Assembly: GCA_013265495.1 (NCBI GenBank)
Contig: MU061579.1
Coordinates: forward strand, 2,353,319 to 2,417,318
DNA length: 64,000 nucleotides
Source: Vicugna vicugna
Lineage: Eukaryota
Direction of reading: 5' to 3'
Below are positions 23,461-37,160 of this stretch, one piece after another. The notes below the pieces were generated by a model that did not search any database, was not told the origin of the DNA, and saw nothing but the letters and a program-made list of their open reading frames with translations. The position numbers and the translations under genes are program-made. The number at the start of each line of letters is the position of its first letter. Position 1 is the first letter of the stretch.

Positions 23461-25329
23461 TATAGTAACATTAAGCTAATTTCGTTAGTATTACATATTT
23501 CAAAAGTTCTCCATTGGACTTGCCATGACTCAAATAATCTAACTTATAGTTTGTGTAAAATGTAGTTGGTCTATGATTATTTAAAATGTTTAATTTTTTG
23601 AAAATATATATAATACTTTTAATTAACTAGGTAAAGACTTTAAAAATACTCAACTTTTGAAGGCATTCTATATATATGTACATATATTCACACATATTAA
23701 CATACAAACACATATATACAGTTTTGTGGAAATTCTGTTCTAAAGTGACTTGAATTTAATTGTTCAAAGAGGCAAAACCTTTTGAATTAAGTATTCCAAA
23801 GTATCATGAGTTAAATTATTCTAGATAAATTATTTTTGTTTAAATGGTACTTATATCCATCATATTAAAATATTTTCTTTTCAAATATTATATGAGGGGA
23901 AAAATTCTAATATAATTTTTAGTTTTTCACAGAAATAGCTGTAAATGTATGTGTTATAAATCCAACATAAGAATTTATAAGCGCAGACACAAATTATGTA
24001 TTTCATTATTGATATAAAGAGATAAAAGAGAATGAAAGGATCACAGTTGCTGCTATATCTGTCTGTACATAATACTGCTTATTTATATTTGATTTTAATG
24101 GGATGTTGGTAGTTAAATTTTAATGGTCTCAAGTTAACTAAAATACTTACAATTTTTTTAATTGACTTAATTTTCAAATAGTTGAAGCTTTCTTTTTCCT
24201 CTGGATACACAAATACTACATAACAGCAGTTCTAAAAAGCAGATATGATGAACTTGAAATGCTCTTGAAGATTAAACTAATGAATAATTTCATGTGGATT
24301 TCTCCTCTGCTGTTTTTGAGGACAAATATTCAAAAACAAATCCCCCCTGCATTGGTACACCATCCTCTAACATGATTGCCAAATTTACAAGCATCAGCGT
24401 GCAAACCAGTGCCCTCAAACTTGGTCATCATTTACATTTTTTCCTTCATTACAAGGTTACAAATCGTGGGGCATGTACAGCTGCATCTTTTGGACAAATG
24501 CTCACTGTAGTGGGAGCCACTGTCTCTGCCTCTCCCTGATTATCTAATTACTGTTACTCCATAGGAGTCGAACAATTGTCATTTCTCCCTTCTCAAAAAT
24601 CAGTCCTCAAAATGCACTGATCTGTATTGAAAGAGAAATACAACAGAAGAAAGAGACTGCTCAGTTAATTGATTGATTGTTTGGGTGGCTGCTTGATTTC
24701 AGAGCTTCTTTTATGAGTTCATCATTTCTACATTTTGAAATCAATGATGCTTTTTAAGTTCTAAAGGTCTTATTTAATTGGATGGCTCTCGAAATTGCAG
24801 AGGTAAATATGTCAGATGTCTTGACATATACTTCATTCATTTTGATCATTTCCTTTCTTGAGGCTAGTACTTATTTCTGTACTCAGAACTAACTTGAGAG
24901 ACATAGAAAATTGGTAAGTTCCCATTTGATGGCAAATCTATTTGATTTAATCTGTGCAGTGACTTTTTCAATTACCGTTTTAATATTTTTGCCTTAATTT
25001 TAAAAAAACACTTCATGGTTTAATTCTGGTCCATGTTACGTTTCAACGATCAGTTTACATTTTAGAAGAATATTGTAAAGAAGAAGTGACACCATAACTG
25101 CTCGTTTGTTTTGCGTTTTCTTCCATGTGTTCTGAAATATTACACCTTGAAGGAAAGGAAAATAAAACTTTGTCTTTTTTCTGCATTTAGTCATTCCCTT
25201 TTGCTGCTTTACTTGGATGTTTTGGGTTTCTTACAGCTAGCCTGATTAAAGCCATCCTACCACGCCTGATGTGATAGGAAACATCACTTACTCTGTCTCA
25301 TTCAAAAGCTTCCAGATGAACTCCACTCC

Positions 25330-25420
25330 CCTCCCAAGTGTACTGAGGTATAATGGACAAATAAAATTATAGATATTTAAAGTGTTCCAATGAACAGTTT
25401 TAAAGGTCCACATGCACAGG
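25330..25420 (-). mobile_element. L1M 3' terminal fragment
   Basis: 'tactgaggtataatggacaaataaaattatagatatttaaagtgt' resembles an antisense L1MA/MB terminus. Confidence 0.65.
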
Positions 25421-25519
25421 TAACTTGTGCCTTGGTTATATATTTTAACAATTACAAACACATTGTTGCACAGTATTTGCACTTTTCTAACCTTTATGCA
25501 GTTATCTGTACAAGCATTT

Positions 25520-25655
25520 GTTAGAACCTAAGTTCCATAGGGAGAGGAATGTCTTCATCCTTTTTCACTTTTTCACATAATTATCTCTCTACTATTCAGT
25601 TTAAGTTTGGTGCAGTAATGGGTACTCAAGAAACACTTTCTTGAAGAAATGTATA
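25520..25655 (+). mobile_element. L2 3' end
   Basis: 'agaacctaagttccatagggagaggaatgtc...gggtactcaagaaacactttcttgaagaaatg'. Confidence 0.55.
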
Positions 25656-26804
25656 AAATAAAGCTATTGCTGGTTACTAAACGCTATTAGATGATGTAAT
25701 AAAGATAAGAACATCTCAGGAGATTTGAAAACTGAGAGATTAGTGGGAGATGTTCCCAGATTCCTTAACCATGGCTATATTCAGTCTCCAGACAAGAAGG
25801 TATATATTTATCAAGTCCAAAAGCAAGTTAATGATCAGAGCATTACAATATTGGGGAAAACTTAGTTATTGTATCTTAAATAAAGATTGCATCTTACAAA
25901 GGGATATAAATATTGACACTGTCTAATCCATGGTAATATAATTATTACTAGTCCTTAAGCTTGCTGCCAGTTAGAATTTTTCCATGTCAGTAGAATCCAA
26001 GACTAATTTGCTCTGATTAGCAGAGAATTACTTTGCAGACTTTCTGTTCATTTATGCAAGGACAGACCTGTTAATTCCAACCCAGTGAATGTGTATGGGA
26101 AGCCCACAAAAGTCTTCAGAAGCCTCAAGCTTTTAGTACAAATAGTTGATTTTTCCATATGGCAGATACTCAGTTTTTCGGAAGAAAGCATCCCACTGAT
26201 GCTGTGAAAAAGAGAGGAAAAGAAAGGCTTAATTCCTTAAGTGCGGTTGCTGGGTTGGTGCTCAACAAAGGAAATGCACTTAACCCAGTGCAGTGTGAGC
26301 CCTTCCTCCAAAGGATCCAGTAAGCGCCTCATATCAGAATGTTGTCCTAATAAGGCTCCGCAATGTAAAAGAATGAAATACCCTTGGAGAACAAAAGTAC
26401 GAGTGAGGAAACAGACATGATCGACTGCAAACCAGAAACAGGAAAGCACGCTGTGGGTGGTTTAATCTTAAAGTGGACTTTTATTTTGCCACCTGAATGG
26501 GGCTTCAAGGCAAGTAAATTAAAATGAGACTAGAGTAACTAGGAGCATCAGGCATGTGAGAGACCATTAGGTTACGGATAAGCATAACCATCCCTTACAA
26601 AGGATGTCTCTAACAGCAAGTGACTCAGTTTAGAGGTGAAGGTTGTACAGGCTGATAGTTAGAAGGAGCCAAGTGTGAAGATGCAAGAGACATTCAAGCC
26701 ATGAAGGGTAGCCAGGAAAGCAGCAAGCGAGAAATACGTGATGCTTTTTTTTCTTTCATTTCTTTCAAGTAACAGCGGTAGGGTATAAATTGTTAATACT
26801 GAAA

Positions 26805-27300
26805 GTATCTGTTAATTAGATTGCAAGTGACAGAAAACTTGCCCCCAAATTAGCTTTATTCACGGGGAAATCCATCAGTTCTCAGGTAACTGAAATGTTT
26901 GGAATTTGACCTGGCATCATTATATACAAGGTCACACGTGGTCACCAAAGCCCTGTTTGACTCTTTCCATCTCTTGAGCCCCTTTTCCATGCTCGGATAA
27001 GTCATTCCCTTCTGCAGTTAAAAGATGGCACCTGTTGGCCATTTCAGCACAGTCTCTTGTCTCCAGTGGCATCTCATGGACATACTGGAGCCAGTCACAT
27101 GGATGGGAGAAAGTAATATTCTGATTGGCTTAAGCCTGAGCCACATGTCTACCTTAGTACTGGGGATGGGACCAGCTTTACAGAAACAGCAATGGCTAAA
27201 ACCTGAAAGGGGATAGTTTTCCAAAAGGAAATAATGTTTTTTGCACTAAAAATACGGGTTGTGGATCCTGGTGGCAAAAACACAACAAATGTCTCCCACG
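26805..27300 (-). mobile_element. MLT1 (MLT1K-like) solo LTR
   Basis: 'gattgcaagtgacagaaaac', 'ctgattggcttaagcctgagccacatgtctacc' and 'ggcaaaaacacaacaaatgtctcccac' match the antisense MLT1 layout. Confidence 0.7.
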
Positions 27301-28149
27301 TTGGCCAATTACTCAGTATTTACAGAGGGGCCCATCCCTGACTGTGACACTAAGTGCTCAGCACTTCCTTGTGAAGTTCTCTACTTTCAGTCTAGGGTCA
27401 GGCTTCAAGAATACGCTGTAGAAAGGAGACTGAGTCTGCCCTCAGGCAGACTTGCCAAATCCTGGATTTGTGTCAGATTCACTGCACATCAATTTCAAAA
27501 AACAGCTTGTAAAAATATTCCTATTTTGGAATTGGGCGTTGATTTTGTAACCACTGCACTCTACTAGATAGCCTATTTGTTACACTGACTATACGTGAGT
27601 GGGGGTAACTATGAAAAATATTATCACGTGACACAATAATTGTACTTGCAATTGCAGGGACTGAGAAATAAAATAAAATTATTGGAAAAAATTAAAATAG
27701 ATGTACTCTGAAATTGGAAGGACACTTCGTTCAGGTGCTATTTGGTTGTAAATGAGTCTCTTAAATATGATCTATGCTTTATCATGTTTGCCCTTGTTCA
27801 AGAATTAGTTTCATAGGCATTAATGACTATAATGTAATATGAAGAGGCCTTACAGTATGTTCCCCGTATTTTACTGAAATAATATTTACATAAAGAGAAA
27901 TGTGAGTTTTGCCTCTTGGCTTTGCTGTTTCTAAGAAGCACATCTTTATAATTAAATGACCTCTACTTCTATACTCCCTGGACAAAAATAGGTATAATTA
28001 GGTAAATAACATTTCTAAGGTGCTTTAGAATTCACAGAACAGATTTATATACTTTCCTTAACATCTCTGTGAATCCATTTTTTAAAATCTATACTGTAGA
28101 GATTAGAAATGGACACTAATTTTCCAGGGACTTCACTGTCTTGCATGTA

Positions 28150-28598
28150 TAGCCAGGTCCTCTGCCTTCACATCCTCTGTTCTCTGCTCCACTAATGTTT
28201 TTCCAGCTGTATTATTTGTGAACAGTACCTAAATCTTAGCCACATAGTTCACATAGTTATTTATCATTTTCTTTCACTGATTTTTTTTTTTACTGAACCT
28301 GCTTCGGAAACTCCAATTCTTTCTTCAAAATACTGCTCACACGCCACTTTTTGTTTAAGGCCTTCTTCAATCCTCAAGCAAGTATGTCTTGTCTATCATC
28401 ACAGCCTCATTGTACAAGCAGCTGTTAGCGTGTCTCACTCTGTTGTAGTGATTTCTTTGCACGACGGTCTCTCCAACTGAACTGTGAGATTCTTGAAGAC
28501 AGAGATCATGTCTCGGGCATCTGTGTATCCCAGTTACTAGTGCTCCAGAAGCTTAGCACCTAAGAGTTGAGTTTTCAGTGTTCGATGAATGAATGAAT
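28150..28598 (+). mobile_element. L2 3' portion
   Basis: 'actgtgagattcttgaagacagagatcatgtct...ctgtgtatccc...' ending in the L2 (TGAA)n terminus 'gatgaatgaatgaatg'. Confidence 0.8.
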
Positions 28599-31500
28599 GG
28601 ACCACACATACTGAAAACACAGCAGCAACGCGGTGTGGGTAGAGTGCTTTGCCGGCGCATACTGAAGTTAGAGATAAGTAATCTACAACCATAGCGTAAT
28701 GTCTCTGGATTTTATATGTAGGTTTGTTTTTTCAAAATTTTCCTCATATTGTTAAGTTGCCATCCTAGAATTACAGCAGAGTTTGGTTCAATTTCTTAAT
28801 GTAGATATTAAAGCATTTCAATAATGCCCTTTGTTTTAAAATTAATTCCTAACAAGTACAATAACACAGCACTAACTCACATGCTTTCCAAGGGTAACAA
28901 CAGAACTTAAACCTTCACAGCATAAAAATAGCAATCTTGAGTTGACACCTCATCAGGTACGCAATCTTGTGAAGAAAAGTCTTACACTTTGTCTTGAATA
29001 GGAGCAGACTTGATCTTTTAAAATCTAATGTGTGTGTGTGTGGAGGGGGGAAGTGTTTCATGATATTTCCATCACTGAATACAGTTTCAACAGAAAATAG
29101 ATGACCTCTAGCTCTATGATGTTTAAATATTATGCCTTTCATTTATTCTAATAAACTATTTTTCTGTGGTTTTGTAGAAAGAGATGATAATTCTGCAAGT
29201 GTCTAAACTAAGTGTTAAGATTATTGCTTTATACACTAATAGAAATCTAATGGTATGTTTGTGTTTCAGTCCTGAGTATAACTGTCAGTTTTGGGTATAA
29301 GATGTTGGAGAAGTGCTGATTGGTGCTGGAAGGAATGTGTTCTTGTGCTAGTTGCTTATCAAGCTTGGCTTAACTAAAAGTGTTCTCACTGTAGAATGAT
29401 CCCAGGACCAATGTTTGGAGTTTTGGTTAAAATAATAAAGAATTCTGTCTACTCTTAGCACCATCTCAGAGGTAACAGCCTCCTCACCACTAGGAAGTTT
29501 AGAACTACACAGAGGAATTCATCGTTGTTATACTGAACATCAACAACTTACAGATTCTTGAAATTTGCCAAATGTCTGAGGAATTTTTTTAGCTTTATTG
29601 AGAGGTGGTAGGCAATCATTGCAATGATTTCAATCCAAAGACCATTTTGCAAAGAAAAGATTGAAAAATATGTCTTTTTTTGAGGGATATTACAGTCCCA
29701 GTTCTCTGGTCTTTGCCCTCAAGTCACTCTTTAGGAAATAAAAGTATAATAGTGACCGGGAATCAAAAATCATCACAAGCATGAATGATTCTGAAAAATC
29801 TCTCTGCATATTCAATTATAAAAGGACCTTTGTTTTTGACACACTGTAAACTTTGTTGCATACGATGCACTGCTGGTGATGCCAGAGTCTGACTGCATGA
29901 CTTCTCATAGGATCACTTGTGTCAGATTGAATATCAGCCTCTTCTAAGGGAAAGAAAAAATGAAGGTAACATCATCAAACCATATCCCTTCAGAATAGAG
30001 ATTTTTATAACTTTTTTAACTGAATAAGTTTTCTTTTCTTTATCCTTAACTTTTTTTTTCCTGTTAAGTAGGTTAATGTTATGTCCTGACTGCTATCTGT
30101 CCTTCAGGAGTTGAATTCCTTTTTTTTTTTTTTCACCCAAGCTCTGATGGCTGTTTGTGAGAAATCATTTTCCAGATCCCTCTCTTTGCAATAGTTAATA
30201 CCTTTTCTGTTGGTAATTTATGGTCTTCTTTATAGATGCTAAAAAGTGGGTATGATTTACAAAAGCAAAAGAGAAGCTATGCACTCCCTTTCATTCTTAC
30301 TCTCCCCAGTGTTCACATGTGCTCTCTGAGTCTCTTCTGCTAATCTCACTTCTACAATTCAGCTTACCTGTCACCAGGCTACTCGTCTGAAAACACGAGT
30401 CTCAAAGCCACCCAGCCCCATTTCAAAGTTCTCCACCCACTGGTTCCGCCCCCAATTCTAATCCCATTACTTAGTCATTCAGACTTTCTTGACCTAATCT
30501 TCCAAACTTTATATCCTGTCCTCCAAACATAACTGAATTTTCTTGTGTTGCCATGCATTTGTTCCTGCTCTTTCCTCAACCAGTGTCATCCTCATGACGC
30601 CACTAACTGGGTTCCTTTTCACAAGTCAGAGCTCAGTGATCTTAATCTTTGGGTAAGCCTTCCCTGCTCTTCTCCTCTCACTGTGCTGTCCTTTGACTAT
30701 GCCTTTATGAGTCTGCTGACACTCACTTGCTGTTTGTCACCTCCAAACTGCTATTGTCCCATATCCTGTCAAGCAGGCATGCTCTGTCCCTACAAAATTT
30801 TACTGTCTAGGAGTTAGTAGATACATTTTATAATTCTTTTGGTTTCTGCATGCCACTAAGCAAAATATATTTTAAAAATAAGTTACTCAGTGAAGATTTA
30901 CAGGTTATTTGAAATTCCTTTCAGCAGTAATGATAATGAAAATACTCACCTGGAACAGGTAAAACACTTGGACCCTAGAAAAACTTTTGATGCAATCATC
31001 AAAGCAGAATTTCCTGAGAGTAACGCGTAAAATCAAAACAACCACAGCATATTTAACATCTGTAAGATGGACTGAAGATTATTGACATGGCCAAGATAAT
31101 ATGTCCCAAAAGGGCTGATGATTATTAATCTTACAGCTGGAGTTACAACAAACCAGGTGATACAAACTGACCTCTTTCAGAGGGTAGGAATTTGCAAGAG
31201 GGAAAGAAACACCTCTAATTTAAACCACACCAACTTTCAAAGAAGCTGCCTTGTGTTATTATCTCGGTCCAGTGCTTCTAACATATTTTAAAATTCTTTT
31301 AGCATCTACATTCTGTATAAGCCAATAAGGAACTGAAAAATTTAGCTTGATTGACTTAAAGGAAGTAATCTGCATGCCATTAGATCAGTGAGACTAGATC
31401 TAGTTCCTCCTCATGACGCCATTGTATGGGAAAGGCAGAATGGTTAAAAGTGCCAGATGGGTGCACCTGGTCTGATATGTCCTCAGTGGCTTTTTGTTGA

Positions 31501-31877
31501 TTCTAATTAGGCTAATTTATCTGCAGTTTTCTTTTTAGAACGGCAGTGTATTTGAATTTTTTCCCTATAATGTTTGTTATTTAATGTTTTGCTCTGTTTT
31601 TTAACATGGAGTTTAGGGTATTTATCAAATGTTTGTATCAACCTGCCATAATTGTAGTTCCATCCCATTTCATGTTATTTTCTAACTGCTGTCAAGGTCT
31701 TATTTTGGCTTTATTCCTTACTATTACTGTATGGCATTATTAATACATGTTTTGGCCCTAGACATTATAGGAACATCTGAATAGCAAAGCACTTATATTT
31801 CACGGTAGCCAGTATGGATTTGACATGGAAACCCGCTTGTTTTTAACTTTACAAAGACCTTTGCTCCTTTTTTCCTT

Positions 31878-32769
31878 AACTGACATTTTTATTTCTTCCT
31901 TTATGTGATTCATCTTTCAGTGAAATATGTTTTTATACCTTCCTCCCACCAAAATGAAAAAGGGTTGTCTATGTTTTAAGAGATTATATCTTTAAGTTTA
32001 TAAAGCATTTTCTTTGTTAAATTTTTAAATTTCAGAGAAATTTAGTAGATCTTAAGTGGCATAATAAAATTTAATATTTACGAATACTAATTTTTAAGGT
32101 CTTTCATACACTAACTGAATATAATGGGGTCTTTGGGTGATAATAAGCTTTTAAAAACCTAATACTGAAATTTAATGGCTTTAGGTAGTAGCAAACTTTT
32201 AAAACCTCAAATGACAACTATTTCATTCACCTCAGTACACACCTAGCATCACAGTAGGTTCTTGAGTTGAGCCTTATAATATAAAAATACAATAAAAAAT
32301 AATATAAATACAATCTTCAAACTGACATTTTTATTTCTTCCTTTATGTGATTCATCTTTCAGTGAAATATGTTTTTATACCTTCCTTCCACCAAAATGAA
32401 AAAGGGTTGTCTATGTTTTAAGAGATTATATCTTTAAGTTTATAAAGCATTTTCTTTGTTAAATTTTTAAATTTCAGAGAAATTTAGTAGATCTTAATTG
32501 GCATAATAAAATTTAATATTTACGAATACTAATTTTTAAGGTCTTTCATACACTAACTGAATATAATGGGGTCTACAAAAACTTTGGGTGATAATAAGCT
32601 TTTAAAAACCTAATACTGAAATTTAATGGCTTTAGGTAGTAGCAAACTTTTAAAACCTCAAATGACAACTATTTCATTCACCTCAGTACACACCTAGCAT
32701 CACAGTAGGTTCTTGAGTTGAGCCTTATAATATAAAAATACAATAAAAAATAATATAAATACAATCTTC
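31878..32769. repeat. Head-to-tail tandem duplication of unique sequence (441 bp + 450 bp)
   Basis: Copy 1 at 31878-32318 and copy 2 at 32320-32769 both run aactgacatttttatttc...aatacaatcttc. They differ by 2 substitutions and a 9-bp indel. Confidence 0.97.
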
Positions 32770-35700
32770 GTTAAGTACTCTGGCAGGAGACACCTCTTAA
32801 TCTTTGTTAAAGAGGAAGCACTAGGTCAAGAGCGACACATCATTATAATATGCAAATTTTATGACTAATTCGGTTGTAGTTAGTGATGTTTTCCCTCTGT
32901 GGCTAAGGCATCCCAGAAGTGGATACAGCAACTAATGAGAGAGGTGTGTGTTTAATCAGTTAATCACAAATTTCACATAATTTTTAAGGTACCTGAATAA
33001 AGAGAACATCCAAGGCTTTGTATCTTGTTTTTAAAGGGATGTTAGATTTTCACTTAATTGTTAATGTTATTAATCACTAGGACCCTAATTGGAGACATTT
33101 ACCCACCTGGAACATAGCTGAATTCGAGGGTAAAAGGAGAAATATATTCTATGCAAACAGATTCCAGATGCCACTCTCATCTTTATAAACATCGGGTGTT
33201 TATATATTCTCTCTCTGACATTTTCTTAAGTTTTCATCCATTAATCAAACATCCAAATGAGACAAATTTTATATATATGTATGATTATCAGTGAGTATTT
33301 CAATTTCCTTTTTTACATATTAAGAATTGGCTTATTTTTAGAAAATGTTACTGTTTAGGAAAAATGTAACTTAATAATAAATTTGATATTTGGTTAAGTC
33401 CATTCATAATGGCACATCCAAATGTGCTTTATTTAAAATATTGGTAAACATGTGAGACTTTTTCTCTCTTACTGTCTGGTTTTGCCAACAAAAACATTTT
33501 GACTTTTGTAAGTAAAAAAGATTAGGCATATTGCTCCCCCGCACCTACCAGAAATTGACACTATTTTTCTGATTCTAGTGAAATAGTCATCTCATCTACA
33601 GTTTTCTTTAAAACAAAATCGTCATGGAAAATAGGAAAATGAGAGCTCAGTCCTAAAGCACAGTCTGTTAAATAGAATAAACATAATCACTTTTAACAGT
33701 AGTGATTCAGAGAGAATAACCCAGGCATTCAGGAATTAATTATCTGAATTTCTACACATAAACATAAATTAGCTTCTCCTTACTGGTGATTAGAGAAGAA
33801 AAAAAAACTTTATATCTGTGAGCAAATTGGATTCCAGTGATACAACTGATAATGAAGATCACATGCCAGTTTGCACTATAGGAATCTAATTCGGTCACTG
33901 AACTCAAGTGCCAAAGTAACCATACACTCTATGAAAGTGGACAAGGGCATTGATTAAAAAAAATGCATATTTAAATTATTCTTACTTGATTTTTAAAAAT
34001 TCTTATCTGGAAAAGTCACATTTGTAAATATATACATGTATTCATAAATGTATATACATATACTAAATGCCTTAAGACAGCATAACAGAAGCTCAAAAAG
34101 AGGAATCTTTTACTAGATATTCATAGGAAATTCTTAGGATTTAAATATCTAAGTTGAAGTGAACTTTGGCAACTGAAAGTAATGAGATTCTGAACAAGAA
34201 TCTGATATGGTCAAGAATTTGCAGCGTTGAAATATTTTTATTTAGGAGCACTAGGGGAAATTTTGGCTTGCTACAACACACACAGGCACACAGACACAGA
34301 AAATAAAGACAAAAGCAAAAAAATTCCATCTGTTAATTCCAAGTCAGACATATATCTGTGCTAAGGAATCACGTGATACACATTTTCACTTAAAAGACTA
34401 TTACGATATTCTTTCTTCTAATCCATTCTGTTTAATAGAGTATTCCCAAATAGTCATCTTTTTTGGAATTCATCTTAAATATTGTTGATAGTTGTGTAAG
34501 CACTGATTGATTTACTAAATATTCATTTATATCTATCAAAGCAAATTTTAACCCAAAAAGCAAATAGTAATCATTTAGTTAAGCAGAGTGCATTTACCTG
34601 ATTTGTAAATGATATATATGACATTTTGTTATAAAGAAGATTTTCTAAATTTCTATTACTTTTATTTTAACAAGCTTCCTCAGGACAATAAATCTAATTT
34701 GACAGGTGATTTACTTAAGGAAGTAAAAGGCCCTCTTACAATCTAGGTAATACTTTTGGAAATTACTGAATGAGAAAGTTAATTGCCTGGCAGCCTTTCA
34801 CACCAACTGTGCTGGCAATCTAGTGGCAAACCTAATAACTAGTCTCTCATATAGACAAATAGGGTTCAGATAATGAGAGAGTCTTTGAGTAGGGGATTCT
34901 AGACAGTTATTCAAAAGTGGAACAATAGAAGAAGCAGAGCCAAGTTGAAGAATCCAGAGAGGCAGTGATGCACAGAATTGTGAAGCCATTTACAGGCTGA
35001 CACTCACTGCCACGTATAACTGACAGCAGGCCTAGAGCCTAGCGTTCCATTTTCATTGGGCAAAAACACAGGCCAAGTTCAAGACTCAGAAGACCTTGAA
35101 GAAACTTTTCCCCTTAAACAGAGAAGCCCGACAATTCACAAACATTTCAAGTTTCTTTCTTAGAATTTACTTTGGAAAGTGGATGCTTGTCTTGACTTTA
35201 TATAACACACACTGTTCCTGAAGATCATGCTTCAATCTGCTTGCTTTAAGTTTTGTTTTCCAAGTCTATGGTTATTTATAAGTGAGATAACTTGAAAGAA
35301 CAACCAATTATGAAGCAATCTTCATTCTGAGAAGAAATATTTCTTGAGTCCTTGATGCCAATTACTAGCTATGACTTTCATAAATTCTTAAATAATTTAA
35401 ATAATATGAATAAAAACAATTTTGTACCCAATAACATTTCTAACATTACAGAATTTATTAATTTTTAAAATCATTTTGAGTACAGTCCTTCAGCTTGATT
35501 TTGACACGTTAAGAACATGACAGTAAAATTGTACAAATTGAGAATACTTGTCATATTTATTCATAATGTTCATTATAATTTACATAAATATTTTTTCTTC
35601 TAATGATTAAGTGCCATGCTATTTAAATGTTCTTTGATTTGCCCCCAAAATGATATAAATTAAATAGTTTTGAATGTATAGCAAAATAATATACTCCTCA

Positions 35701-35949
35701 TCTTGAGTAAAATAGATGTACATTGTCATTTGCACAAGATTCTAGGGTAAAAATAATTTATAGTTAGGACAAGGTAGTGGAATTAAATATCTCTGTGTTC
35801 AATTTTATGCTTCTAATAACCCAAAGAAACTAGAATCAAGAAAATACTCTCTTATTAATTATATCCTTTGTATGGCCAAGGATTTCTGTAACTGAAATGT
35901 TCTGCATATTTACTATATTCTTTTCCTACATGTATGAAATATCGAGCTG

Positions 35950-36085
35950 AAAATAACCTTAGAGATCATCTACCCTAGTTTCCTTCTACAAACTGAAGAG
36001 ACTGAGCTACAGTGAGGCAAAATGGCTTAGAAAACTACACAATTATCCAGGCATAATAAAAGCTAGAATCAGCCTGCCTTTCTGT
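35950..36085 (-). mobile_element. MIR (MIR3/MIRc-like) fragment
   Basis: 'accttagagatcatctacc...tacaaactgaagagactgagctacagtgagg'. Confidence 0.6.
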
Positions 36086-36934
36086 GGTTATAACATCACA
36101 TGTACCTGGTCAGGCGTATCAGACCCCCCCCCACAAATGTACAGATTGAGTTGATTTCCATTAAAAAGTGCCTTTATCTTTACATACAAGTTTATACTAG
36201 TTTGGCTAAATCCTCTGAAGAATAAATCTGCTGCATTTGATAGTAAGCTCATTTCCCTTTGCTCACATATACAGATAAAATAGACATTCTGTGGATATGT
36301 GGTCCCCAATCTTGGCTTTGGGACTAGATAGCTTTCTGTGATAATGAATTACTTCCCTTAATGTTTAAATAACTAAGAGCCCACCCAGCAAGACTTAATT
36401 TATTTGAGGTCATGTCATTATATTTTTGCTAGCATTTAATTTTCAAAACAAACAAACAAATAACACCCCAAAACCTCCTATTTCTTGCATCTCCAGAGAG
36501 CTCCCAGTAGCATTAGATTCTTAAATGGTTTTGTCTTGTGTATTGCCAAATTGGTTGGATGGCCCTTAGTGACCAAACATTTAATTAAAGCCCCTTGAGG
36601 GGATGGTTTTTATAATTTATTATTGGACATCTGCCAAAGCTTGTTTTACCAAGTCTTTGCCATCTACTTAGGCTACTTCTGTGTATATTTTTAACACTGT
36701 CCATATGCCTTAAGTTTTAAATGCTCCCCAAGAGCAATCATTTCCTACCACCTCCAAAGTCTAGAAATATTGTTTCAGTATATTTGAAGGTTAGTGTGTA
36801 ATTTCTTCTTGTAATCTGACAATTTTTTAAATTAGTGACTTTTCATTATATTTTCCTTAGAAGAATGAGAACCCTTTGCCATGTGGATGAAATCGCTGAT
36901 GTAGTTAGCTTATATAATGTATCAATACTGATAA

Positions 36935-37160
36935 TAACTATTGTTTATTAAATGCCAGGTTTTCAAAATTCTCTGTAGTAAGCACAGCACACATTCTTTT
37001 GGTTAAATATCATTACAAATTTAGGGAAATTTTTCATTATTCTCAAGAAAATAAGACGCAGGCTGTTAAGTAATTTGTGGAAGTTTATTTCACTTGTAAG
37101 AGGGAATCTTGATTTGTGTCCAGATCTCTCTGAGCCACGTTGTAACCATTTCACGGTGCA
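36935..37160 (-). mobile_element. MIR SINE, degenerate
   Basis: 'ttattaaatgccagg...aagaaaataagacgcaggctgttaagtaatttg...gatttgtgtccagatct'. Confidence 0.5.

Noticed and set aside
30589..31421. Exact 14-mer tcctcatgacgcca at 30589 and 31408
   Set aside because: Several 14-bp matches are expected by chance among all position pairs in 64 kb, and there is no extension or intervening element suggesting a TSD.
31878..32769. Duplication interpreted as an LTR pair or a CRISPR-like array
   Set aside because: The copies are directly adjacent with no internal region, no TG...CA termini, no TSD and no repeat-spacer periodicity.
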